A stretch of 64,000 nt of DNA from Chiloscyllium plagiosum (taxonomy: Eukaryota). The DNA is taken from positions 70,787,018-70,851,017 of the forward strand of contig NC_057711.1 in assembly GCF_004010195.1 (NCBI RefSeq). The letters are read 5' to 3'. The first letter of the stretch is position 1. Each line of letters starts with the position of its first letter. This document shows, piece after piece, positions 24,606 through 35,908 of the stretch. The notes beneath the pieces were generated by a model that was given only the letters and a program-made list of their open reading frames with translations, ran no database searches and was not told the DNA's origin. The translations under genes were made by a program, and so were the position numbers.

Positions 24606-25734
24606 TGCAACACAAATTCCCAGCTCGGCGAACAGAACCACAACAACGAGCACCCGAGCTACAAATTTTCTCACAAACTTTGTACCCAAGAGACACATCA
24701 GGGCAGAGGTACTTTTTCCATGCGGATTCAGCAGGAGCCAAGCTTCGTGGAAGTCTCTTAGTTGGGTACCAATGGTAAAATTGCTACCATAGTCTTTCTG
24801 TCTTTCTTTCTGTCTGATTAGGTCCCAACGTTGGGTACACCCTGTACCAGTAAGATCCCAGTAACGGTCCTCACCCTGACCACTCAAAACAAAATTGTGC
24901 AGGTTGCTAAGTATAATCCTCGTTAGTATTTCAATATAATCCATGGTCTTACATGTATGTTTGTGTATATACTGAATTATATAATGTCCAATTACATTAA
25001 AACATTGAAAATGCATTTATTTGGGATGCACAGCAGCTATTCAGGTGCAGAAAAAATGAGATGGTAATTATCAGCTTTCACATACAACAACTAGATGATT
25101 GGCCAGTGGCTTTATTTCTCTGATTTTCTTCAATTGTTTGCCTGCAAATCAGTAAACATTTAGGATAATATTTAACAGGACACTAAGGAAACATACCTTC
25201 ATACTGATGACAGTCAGCATGGAGCACTTTTCTTCCAGTTCATGTCAAAAAATATCTCCTTTGTAAATCAGAAGATCCTGTTTTTGACGCAAACTGAATC
25301 TATAGACTGACTCAGAAACCATTAAACTGCTCAAATAGTTAGCCCAGTAGGCACAATGTTGTAAACACAGCGGCAAGGGGCAGCTCAGAGCTACACTTAT
25401 TGGTATGACAGCACTCTTTAATGGACAGCAAGATTTGGAGCTAAATTTTCCCACAAGACCACAATATCCTGGGGTCTCATCTTTGCTCATATTCACTTTA
25501 GTCAAACGAATATATGTTTATTCTGGAAGGCAATATCCCATCGACAGATTGTTATGAGGTTCTCTTGTGAGGCAGCTCCTTCACTCAGCAAGCAATCATT
25601 CTTGGCAGGGAAGCAGATGGCAGCTCGCCTTGAAAACATAATTGACTACAAGAATTTAAAACAACCGCATGTTTAGAAGTTTAAAATTATTGTTGGAGAC
25701 ACAACCGCATTTTGAAGCATAACCTCAAACTCCC

Positions 25735-26040
25735 ATGGTGACTTATTTGGTTAATGCATCTCTCAGTAAGGAATTGAGCCATAAGAGAAACATTTCAGGT
25801 TCAATCAACATTTATGCTCGGTTAGTTGATCTGAGGCAGGTGAGCAGCAGCAGAGCTGGATTAGCCTATGAGTGCTCCCTTGGTTAAGGAGAAGGAAGAA
25901 ATCAACCGCAGTTGCAGCTCTTTCTCCTGTGATTCCGGCTAGTAAGCGTTTGTGAGTACATGTCATGTGGGGTCAGATTCAGTCTCGGCTGTGTGGCCCA
26001 CAGTTAAGCAGCTTGTCAACACTTAAAAATTTACACTCAT
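25735..26040 (+). mobile_element. Old tRNA-derived SINE (degenerate)
   Basis: Degenerate A box, GGTTCAATC B box and a SINE-like body; weak. Confidence 0.4.
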
Positions 26041-27589
26041 GCATAAGGTCATTGAGCACTTGTAAACGAAATATGGATTTTCAGGAGAAGAAGGAAGACA
26101 TTAGAACAAGGAATTACACTCCCTCATAGACAGGAACTTGAACAGTATTATAAAAAATGGTGCTTTGATCGATGACAAGCCGCAGTGGTCATCTTAAAAA
26201 TTGTCAAATTTACGATGGCACATAAAAGAGATGAAAACGCCATAAGAAGTTTGCTCACATATGGAATTTCTTCTGCATCTAACTATAAACCATTAAGAGC
26301 TTTTTTGTATACAGTGCTTTTAAACAGAAAGCTGGTTTACGTTTTACTAAGACAACTTTACCATATAAAAGGTCAGCAGTAGTTCAGATTGTCAACATGG
26401 AATGCAGCCACTACCCTCCTCCCATTTGCTGTCACTAATGAATAGTGGACACATTCTTCTGTTTAACACATTAGACATGTTGCATATGTTGTTCATTACT
26501 CCCATTTTCATTGGTCATTCAATTTGAGTTCACATCCTCTGAAATATCCGAATGTCAAACTGATGTTATCAGCAATAAAGTATCAAATCAAATGCCTCAA
26601 ATCCCAGTATAAATACCACATGACAGATTTTGGGTCAGTTTGATTTTAATTCAGCCATCGAATAAACAGTTGATTATCAATGATCTGTATATTATAGACT
26701 TAACACATTATTAAACAAAAGCTACAAACATTCACTCAGCCTAGTATCAGATAGAGGCAGATCAGATTAAATAAACATTAAAATCTTTGAAAATGCATTC
26801 AGTACCAGTCCTATGAGTCACATTTAGACCAGGTTTTACAGAATAAGGAGATTTATGAGACGTGAAGTAAATTGACTTACACATATCCAACAAAATCTGC
26901 AATTCAAAGTGAGTGTTTAAACTTGGAAATGCTTGAAAGTGCAACCTCAATGCAGAAAAAATTATTGCAAGCCAAAGACTTTGAACAAGATTATATTAAC
27001 AATAGCCAAATCCAAAGAATTAAATATCACCAGATGTAGCATAAATAAACAGCCAGTGATACAACACAAAGGATGATAGATAACTGTATGCAACTATCCA
27101 AATTATTAATGAAATGGGAATGAAATCTGGAAAAATTGAAAAAAATATTCTGGACAAGATAGTGACAGAAATGAAATTACAATATTTAGTCAAACAGAGA
27201 AACATTACATACAGTGCTAGTTTTTCATTTACTATGAAATATGTAGATTACTTGGCACAACAAAATGCCTTAATAAATTGAAAAAAATTGAGAAATATTG
27301 TGTTTATATTGTGTGCATCTTACACCACTTAAAATTGTTCAAAATATCTAAATACTAATAAAGAAATTAAAATTTAAATAAAGTATATCATTTTAATGTT
27401 GTTTGTGTCCTTGATTAATTCAATACCTAATCATCTTAAAGGGTTTAAGTAACCCATCACTCAAAAATGGGAAGCCTTAATACTAATAAGAAATTAAAAT
27501 TTAAATAAAGTATATCATTTTAATGTTGTTTGTGTCCTTGATTAATTCAATACCTAATCATCTTAAAGGGTTTAAGTAACCCATCACTC

Positions 27590-29327
27590 AAAAATGGGAA
27601 GCCTTCAGAAATGAGATAACAAGAATCCAGAGAAAGTATATTCCCGTCAGGGTGAAAGGGAAGGCTGGTAGGTATAGGGAATGCTGGATGACTAAAGAAA
27701 TTGAGGGTTTGGTTAAGAAAAAGAAGGAAGCATATGTCAGGTATAGACAGGATAGATCGAGTGAATCCTTAGAAGAGTATNNNNNNNNNNNNNNNNNNNN
27801 NNNNNNNNNNNNNNNNNNNNNNNNNNNNNNNNNNNNNNNNNNNNNNNNNNNNNNNNNNNNNNNNNNNNNNNNNNNNNNNNNNNNNNNNNNNNNNNNNNNN
27901 NNNNNNNNNNNNNNNNNNNNNNNNNNNNNNNNNNNNNNNNNNNNNNNNNNNNNNNNNNNNNNNNNNNNNNNNNNNNNNNNNNNNNNNNNNNNNNNNNNNN
28001 NNNNNNNNNNNNNNNNNNNNNNNNNNNNNNNNNNNNNNNNNNNNNNNNNNNNNNNNNNNNNNNNNNNNNNNNNNNNNNNNNNNNNNNNNNNNNNNNNNNN
28101 NNNNNNNNNNNNNNNNNNNNNNNNNNNNNNNNNNNNNNNNNNNNNNNNNNNNNNNNNNNNNNNNNNNNNNNNNNNNNNNNNNNNNNNNNNNNNNNNNNNN
28201 NNNNNNNNNNNNNNNNNNNNNNNNNNNNNNNNNNNNNNNNNNNNNNNNNNNNNNNNNNNNNNNNNNNNNNNNNNNNNNNNNNNNNNNNNNNNNNNNNNNN
28301 NNNNNNNNNNNNNNNNNNNNNNNNNNNNNNNNNNNNNNNNNNNNNNNNNNNNNNNNNNNNNNNNNNNNNNNNNNNNNNNNNNNNNNNNNNNNNNNNNNNN
28401 NNNNNNNNNNNNNNNNNNNNNNNNNNNNNNNNNNNNNNNNNNNNNNNNNNNNNNNNNNNNNNNNNNNNNNNNNNNNNNNNNNNNNNNNNNNNNNNNNNNN
28501 NNNNNNNNNNNNNNNNNNNNNNNNNNNNNNNNNNNNNNNNNNNNNNNNNNNNNNNNNNNNNNNNNNNNNNNNNNNNNNNNNNNNNNNNNNNNNNNNNNNN
28601 NNNNNNNNNNNNNNNNNNNNNNNNNNNNNNNNNNNNNNNNNNNNNNNNNNNNNNNNNNNNNNNNNNNNNNNNNNNNNNNNNNNNNNNNNNNNNNNNNNNN
28701 NNNNNNNNNNNNNNNNNNNNNNNNNNNNNNNNNNNNNNNNNNNNNNNNNNNNNNNNNNNNNNNNNNTTCAGAAAAGATTAACAAGGATGTTGCCAGGGTT
28801 GCAGGATCTGAGCTATGGGGAGAGGCTGAACAGGCTGGGGCTGTTTTCCCTGGAGCGTCAGAGGCTGAGGTGTGACCTTATAGAGGTTTGCTGAACAGGC
28901 TGGGGCTGTTTTCCCTGGAGCGTCAGAGGCTGAGGTGTGACCTTATAGAGGTTTACAAAATTATGAGGGGCATGGATAGGATAAATAGACAAAGTCTTTT
29001 CCCTGGGGTTGGGGAGTCCAGAACTAGAGGGCATAGGTTTAGGGTGAGAGGGGAAAGATCTCCAAGAGACCTAAGAGGCAGCTTTTTCACGCGGAGGGGG
29101 ATACGTGTATGGAATGAGCTGCCAGAGGATGTGGTGGAGACTGGTACAATTGTAAGGTACATTTAAGAGGTATTTGGATGGGTATACGATTAGGAAGGGT
29201 TTGGAGGGATATGGGCCGAGTGCTGGCAGGTAGGACTAGATTGGATTGGGATATCTAATCGGCATGGACGGGTTGGACCAAAGGGTCTATTTCCATACTG
29301 TACATCTCTATGACTCTATGACTCTAT
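27590..29327 (+). mobile_element. HER1-like CR1 LINE (5'-truncated, spans a gap)
   Basis: KWEAFRNEITRIQRKYIPVRVK; RLGLFSLERQRLRCDLIEVYKIM; tail (CTCTATGA)n. Confidence 0.9.
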
Positions 29328-29329
29328 AA

Positions 29330-29670
29330 AAAGTCTACAGTTCCAACAGATTAGAGGGTGGCAAATGTAATCCCACTATTTAAGAAAGGGGGAAGTTAAA
29401 AAAACAGCATTATCCAATGGGCCCTTTAGGACTGAGATGAGGGAAAGGGTCTTCATTCACAGAGTTGTGAACCTGTGGAATTCTCTACCACAGATGGCTG
29501 TAGAGGCCAAGTTACTGAATATATTCAAGAAAGAAATAAATATATCTTTCAGATATTAAAGGCTTTAAGAGGTCAGGGGAGAAAGTTGGAAAATGGCATG
29601 GTCCCAGTGAATGACAGATAAGGTTCCAAGGCCTGAGTAGCCTAGTCCCACTCTAAGTTTCTGTCTTGTG
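29330..29670 (+). mobile_element. Older CR1-clade LINE fragments
   Basis: VANVIPLFKKG, then QRVVNLWNSLPQ and a 3' UTR. Confidence 0.7.
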
Positions 29671-30239
29671 GTGCTTGCCCCTCCGTATTACTTTTTTCCA
29701 AATTTCTGTACACAACCAATTCTGGTTTCGTGAGCACTCCCAAAATCAATTGTCTCACCACTCATGGCTGTGAAAATGAGAGGAAAATGGAAGGGAATAT
29801 ATCACACATCAGGAACTAAGATATAGAGTCCCATCCAAAAGCCAAGAAAACAGAAGTTGCAAACTGGATGGCACAACATATGTTAATGCAGATTGGGCTG
29901 TCAGGGAAAGCTCTTAAAGTTTATTTTCTCATCCTTGCAGAGAATCTAACTGAATATGAGGAAGCAAAGGGGCTTGGTAAGCATGTGCCAGTTAATGACA
30001 GAGGCATACTGGCAAATATTCTGTACCCTCAAGAAATGGCCTGACCAGGTACACTTGGTGTTTGAATGTCTTAAGTAGCTGGCTATTGTCCAGTGGTTAT
30101 GGAGACTTAAAACTGAAACCACTTTTGAAAACATTCATGAGACAATTCTCATCAAGGAGTTCAAAAATTCAATACTTATTCCAATCTGGACTCTCACAGT
30201 GTTCCCATTTATCTAATGCCTATCACATTCTAGATGATA

Positions 30240-30722
30240 ATAGGGGTTTGGAAGGTGGTGAATTTCTGTAGTGCATCTTGTAGATGGTACACACTGCTAC
30301 AACTGAGCATGGGTGGTGGAAGGAGTGAATGTTTGTGCAGAGCCTAGATCTGATCTTTTGATTTGTGGAATTGCTTAGCTCTGTCCATCCCTTGCTATAA
30401 CATGATTCTGTGTGTATGACTATATCAGACTATTGGTTGACTCGGCTGTGAGACTGCTCTCCCAGATATCAGTAAGGAAAACTTTGCATGGTCATCAAGG
30501 GCTGTGTTTGTTGTCATTTCTGGTGCCTTAACCACTGCTAAGTGCTCTCTCCAGTTTCATCCAACAATGATTTTAAGGTCATCATTAGATTTTTAATTCC
30601 AGTTTTTTGCTGAATTCAAATTTCACAATTTGCTGCGGGGGAATTTAAACCCAATTGCTCAGAACATTACCTGGATCTCTGGATTACAGCCCATTAACAA
30701 TTCCACTAGGCCAGTGTCTCCC
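30240..30722 (-). mobile_element. Old LINE fragment plus tRNA-SINE head
   Basis: 30260-30335 matches the LINE at 46310; 30575-30722 matches the SINE at 53565-53701. Confidence 0.65.
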
Positions 30723-30726
30723 CTAA

Positions 30727-30930
30727 GTGTCACCGAGTCACCCTTTATTTACACCTGCATGATACATGGACTCTGACCAGCCAGCTCAGAGCCAGTGCCT
30801 TGATTGGGGAGAGTCTCTGAATCTCCTGTTTATGTCTGTCAGCCAGGACTCCCTGATCAGCCCAGGTTAACCACACCAATCGAGGATCTCAATCAAGGTG
30901 ATCTACCTCCCCCTGGTTCCAATCACTACA
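30727..30930 (-). repeat. 3' LTR of the Gypsy element (distal end truncated)
   Basis: Starts TGTAGTGA on the minus strand, preceded by the PPT GGGAGGCGGGG (30931-30941); homologous to 35253-35480. Confidence 0.85.
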
Positions 30931-33118
30931 CCCCGCCTCCCAAGCCCAGGGATATAGGCCTATTTATTTTCTTGTAGCTTCTCCTGTGATGTTTTTGCCC
31001 CAGGTCCGGTTTTTATTCAGACATGGGTCATGTTACTGGACCACCACTTGTGTCTCATGCCCAGAGCATCTCAGGAGAAATTCATCCTTTTTTTCAGGCT
31101 CTAGTGGTATTGAAACTGCATCCATCTTGGACTCTAATGCCTCCTTGATCCTAGCTGGAGGGGCAGGACCCATGGTTTCTGACAGCCTTTCTGTCTGTTC
31201 TGAGGGGCCAGGTATGTTTTGCTCCTGCACCATTTGCAAGGTAGCAGCTTTCAGGTGATCCACATGTTTGTTCAGGACTGCCCCACTTATTGAACTTTGT
31301 ATGTCATGGGTCCTGACCTTTCCTTGTACCCATGCAGGGCCATTTCTGTGGTTTTGACAGCAAACTTCGTCCCCCGAATTAAATAGTCTCTCTCACTTAG
31401 AGGAGGTATGTGGCTGACATTGGCATTCCTGCTGCTGTTTCGCCACCTCCCCCCACCAAGGTTCAACCTGATGTGGAGTTGATCTTCCCATCAGCAACTC
31501 TGCTGGAGATATCCCTGTTGTTGCATTAGGAATGGTCCTTTCATCAAAAAAGAACCTGGGCAATTTGGAATCAAGTGAATTTGTAGGCTGTTTCATTAAG
31601 CCTGCCTTTAATGTTTGGATTGCTCTTTCCGCCAGACTGTTAGACAATGGATATTATGAATGCTATTCAACTTTAGGAAATACTCAAGATTTCTGCTGTC
31701 CCATTGATGATGTCCCATTGTCTGTGACCAATACTTTTGGGATTCCTTATATCGCAAACAATGTCTGCAGCTTTTTAATTGTCATCGCTGAGTTTATCGA
31801 GTGAATTCTGTACACGATCAACCACTTCGAATGGGCACCCACAATGATCAAGAACATTGAACCCATGAAAGGACTGGCATAGTCAACATGTAACTGAGTC
31901 CAGGATTTACTGAGGAGGTTGCTGGTGGTAATTTTTGTCCTTGTTGGAACTCTGGGCACTGCCCCACTGAGGCAGCTACATTGGCATCCAATCTTGGCCA
32001 CCAGATATAACATGCCAACATCTTCATTTTGGAAACTCCTGGTAGAGTTCAGCCAGTGTTGGGCTGCGACCTTTACATGGGATAATCGCTCTTGCTTCCC
32101 ACAGTAATATGCCATCCTCTCCAGTGATTGGTCTCGCTGGGCCCAGAAATATTTCAATGCTGGTTATAATGGGCCTTCTGTATCTCCCATTATCTCCAGC
32201 TGGTTTAGTTTTGCCAGGACAGGATCTTTATGTGTCCACAGTTAGATACTGTTAGTGGTGAACAGTGGGATATCTAGAAAGTTCAAAACCAGAATGGAGT
32301 CTTCCAGTAGTGGCACTATCATGGTGTATCTGCCTGTGGGAGACAGCTCAAGGCATCCACTTTTGTCACTTGGCCTCCTGGGCAATGCTCCAACTTGTAA
32401 TTGTACGCTCTGAGAATAAGGGTCCACCGCTGAATTTCGCACAGAAGCTATGGGCAGCACAGCCTTGTCTTCTTTACGTAGGCTGAGCAGAGGTTTGTGG
32501 TCCATTACTATTACAAATTTATGCCCATAAAGGTACTGGTGGAACCTTCTCACCCCAAAGGTGCCACCCAACCTCTCTTCTCTATCTGGACATATTTGCC
32601 TATCAGCCAAAGTCCAGCAAGCATATACTATGGGGCTGTCCTCTCCATTGGGCCACCAGTGAGCCAGCACTACCCTGATACCATACGGGGAGGTATCGCA
32701 TGTTAGAACGACCTCTGGCTTGGGATCATAGTGAGCCAACACCGTAGATGATGATAGCTGCTTTTCAGCTCCTTAAAGGCTCCCTCTTGGCTATGTGACT
32801 ATTTCCAGGGCTGACCCTTTTTCAACAGCAGGTGGAAGGGTACCATGATGGAAGCTATATTATGAATTCATTTTCTATAGTAATTCACCAACACCAGGAA
32901 AGACATAAGCTCTGGTACAAAGTCAGGGCACCTTTGCTCACCCTCATTTTATCTCCCAATGGGTGTAATCCAGTCTTGTCGACTCTGTAATCCAAGTAGT
33001 TCACTTGCAGTGCCTCAAACACACAATTTTCCCTTCAAAGGCACACGTTTGCCTGGGAGAAACATCTAGCGACTATGTCTCAAGTTCTCCAAATGCTCTG
33101 TTTGGTCTTCCCAGTCTT

Positions 33119-33315
33119 AGCTGAAAATGTGTTGCTGGAAAAGCGCAGCAGGTCAGGCAGCATCCAGGGAACAGGAGAATTGACGTTTCGGGCATAAGCC
33201 CTTCTTCAGGAACGTCGATTCTCCTGTTCTCTGGATGCTGCCTGACCTGCTGCGCTTTTCCAGCAACACATTTTCAGCTCTGATCTCCAGCATCTGCAGA
33301 CCTCACTTTCTCCTC
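33119..33315. mobile_element. pLTR-only Penelope foldback inserted in the Gypsy RT
   Basis: Inverted arms; 16-bp TSD TCTTCCCAGTCTTAGC at 33106-33121 and 33314-33329. Confidence 0.9.
33182..33209 (-). ncRNA. Minimal type I hammerhead ribozyme motif (family A)
   Basis: Minus strand CTGAAGA-A-GGGC-TTAT-GCCC-GAAACGTC. Confidence 0.78.
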
Positions 33316-34699
33316 TTCCCAGTCTTAGCATGTCATCCAGATCAATGGAAACCTGGGGTGGACCTTGTAAAATGCTCTCCATTGTTCACTGGAAAAGTGC
33401 GTAGGCTGATGATACCCCAAATAGTAGTCTTGTATATTGGTCAAAACCCTTATGGGTGTTAATTGTGGCATACATCTGGGACTCCTTCTCCAGTCGCAAT
33501 TGCAGGTAGGCGTGGCTCATGTCCAAATTCTTGAAGCACAGACCCCCCCCTTGCCAGCTTTGCGTACAAGTCCTCTATATGAGGGATTGGGTATTTATCC
33601 GGCTGCAATAAATGATTTACCATTTACTTAAAATCCTCACAAAGGCTAATCGAACAGTTAGGCTTCACAGTTGGTATGTTCCCCATTCCATAAACTTTAC
33701 TGGTTTGAAGATTCCTTCACTTTCTGCCTCTACTTTTGCTCATAAGGCAAATGGCATTGAGCAGGCCTTGCAGAATTGTGGAATTTCTTCCTGGTCATCA
33801 TGCAATGTGGCCTTGGAATCTTTGATAATCCCAAGACTTTCCTGACAAATCTCTGGGTATTTAATTAGGACTTCACTCAGACATCAATTTTCTAAACGAA
33901 AAATATTGAGCCAATCAAGGTGAATTTTTCTCAACCAGTTCTGTCCCATCGATCTTGCACCCTGGCTTTTACTACAATCAGTGCTAAATGCACTAACTGT
34001 TTCTCATAGGAGACCAGTAATGAAATCAAACCCTTAATCTGTATCAGTTCCCCACCACATGTTCTTAGTCTGGCTGAAGTCTTGCGCAAACTGAAGGTTT
34101 AGAGTCCGTAGTGAACATTATTGAAGACTGGTTCTGCAATCACTGATGTGGCTGGCTGGTATTGACCTCCATTTAACCAGATGATCGTTTTGCTTGGTTC
34201 TGATTTGGATGTTGCTAAGCAATTCAATTGTCCTAAACCACATGTCGGCGGACTTTCCAGCGTATGCACTCTCCTTGCTACCAGCCCATGAGTTCTCTTA
34301 CTCAGGTCAGGCCTTGTAGGATTCCTTTACCATGTCTAGTCCACTGCTGGCAGCAAATTCAATGACTTGCCAGCCCGGATCCTGAAGAACATTTTAGCCA
34401 TTTGGCTGAGGCTTGGTGTTGTTTTGGGGTTTTGCCGTGGGATGTCCTAGAGTCCCTCTGCTCAGGATATGTCCTGCGTGAGGCTCTGCAATTTCCTTCA
34501 TTCAAGTGGTGTTCCCCAAGTTCATTGGGACAGATGAAGGTATTCACTGCCATTGGGATGCCCTGTTGCTCATATGCTCCATTTTTTAATGACAAAGCCA
34601 GTTGTAGTGTCTGTTTGAATCCAACTGGGCTTCAACTAGTAAGCACTTTTGCTTGGCTACGCCATGAATCAAACGGTCTCTCAACATTTCATTGATCCT

Positions 34700-34830
34700 G
34701 CTCCACAGCTACCTAATGAAGGAGCAGTGCTCCAAAAGCTACTGCTTCCAAATAAACTTGTGGGACTATAACTTGGTGTTGTGTGATTTTTGAATTTGTC
34801 CACCCCAGTCCAACACCAGCACTTTCACAT
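34700..34830 (+). mobile_element. PLE pLTR (family C) with mutated hammerhead, inside Gypsy gag
   Basis: CTAATGA-A-GGAGC-AGT-GCTCC-AAAAGCTA; homologous to 35825-35908. Confidence 0.7.
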
Positions 34831-35252
34831 AATTTCATTCATGGCAACCCAAAATCAAGTGTCTCTACCAGTCATCTTAACCTTATCAAAAGCCCCGATA
34901 TGGATTCTCCTGGTTCTCAAACTGCCAAATAAAACGAATAGTGTCTTAGAATTAGAGGAGGCTTGGGGTCGTCATATTCCTTAACTAAATCCGTCAACTT
35001 TTGAAAAGGTCCCCCAAGGAATGTAATAACCAAAATTGCTGTGGGTCCACAAGCTGTCAGAGGGATTACTGGTTGCTTTTCATCTGTCACAATATCATTT
35101 GCCTGGAAAAATAATACATTCTTTCCACATACTGGGCCCAGTCTTCGAAGGTGGAATTGAATGAGTCAGGCTTTCCAAATACAGGCATGATGACAGAAGC
35201 ACCTATCCCAACAACTGTTTTCTTCAGGAGCAGACTGTTTTCTCTCATCCTG

Positions 35253-35480
35253 CTGAAATAACTACACGAAGGCCGGTATCTCCTACCCACGTCATCCTTT
35301 ACTTACTTATGCACTGTACATGGGCTGTGACCAGTCAGTTCAAAGCCAATCCCTAGACTGAGGAGACCTTCCAAATTTCCTGTTTATATCCGTCAGCCAA
35401 GACTCTCTGATTGGCCTAGGTCAACAACCCCAATCAGGGATCTAATATTCAACAAGATCCATCTAGTTTCAATCACTGCA
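35253..35480 (-). repeat. 5' LTR of the Gypsy element
   Basis: Minus strand start TGCAGTGATTG at 35480; diverged homologue of 30727-30930. Confidence 0.8.
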
Positions 35481-35783
35481 TTGACATTCTCCAGAAACTC
35501 TCTCTGCAAAACCAGTATCTATAGTCGTGAAGGTGGGTGTTCAGGCTTTGACCATTGACTAGCTAGCACTCAGGAGCTTGTGTCCAAAGGAAAGGAGACT
35601 ATGTTAAACAGCCAGAGATGGAAATTAATATTCTTCAAGATACCAGATGCTCAGAATCTTGCTATGCAGGAAAACAGATGATTTCCCATCTGGAAGCAAG
35701 TTAAATCCCAATATGTTGATCAAAGGGTTCATAGGAAATAATATGATTGCTACTGTTAAAGAGTTATTAAGAGTGATGATTTA

Positions 35784-35908
35784 GAGGTGCCGGTGTACGA
35801 AGTTAAAAATCACACAACACCAGGTGACGAAGGAGCGTCGCTACGAAAGCTAGTGTACTTCCAATTAAACCTGTTGGACTATAACCTGGTGTTGGGTGAT
35901 TTTTAACT
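35784..35908. mobile_element. Mini Penelope foldback (family C)
   Basis: AGTTAAAAATCACACAACACCAGGT inverted against ACCTGGTGTTGGGTGATTTTTAACT; 8-bp TSD ATTTAGAG at 35779-35786 and 35909-35916; hammerhead-like TGACGA-A-GGAGC-GTC-GCTAC-GAAAGCTA. Confidence 0.8.

Larger units (their letters stand above)
24374..24681. mobile_element. Penelope-like foldback insertion (family B pLTRs head-to-head)
   Basis: 24374-24483 is the reverse complement of 24538-24646; 14-bp TSD AAACTTTGTACCCA at 24360-24373 and 24675-24688; the centre is an N-gap. Confidence 0.85.
30727..35480 (-). mobile_element. Decayed Gypsy LTR retrotransposon (gag-PR-RT-RNase H-IN), ~4.75 kb
   Basis: Gag start MPVFGKPDSF..EDWAQYVERM (35189 down); RNase H LAHYDPKPEVVLTCDTSPYG; integrase LHVDYASPFMGSMFLIIV and SNSLAERAIQTLK; two homologous LTRs. 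Confidence 0.9.

Noticed and set aside
27351..27605. Tandem duplication of about 128 bp ending at the LINE junction
   Set aside because: Copies differ only by a homopolymer length and sit near a gap; probably an assembly or gap-filling artefact (needs raw reads)
27588..28875. ORFs of about 400 aa on both strands (similar ones at 60192-61158)
   Set aside because: Artefacts of reading through N runs
28825..28954. Perfect 65-bp tandem duplication inside a LINE
   Set aside because: About 60 bp from a gap edge; probably an assembly artefact
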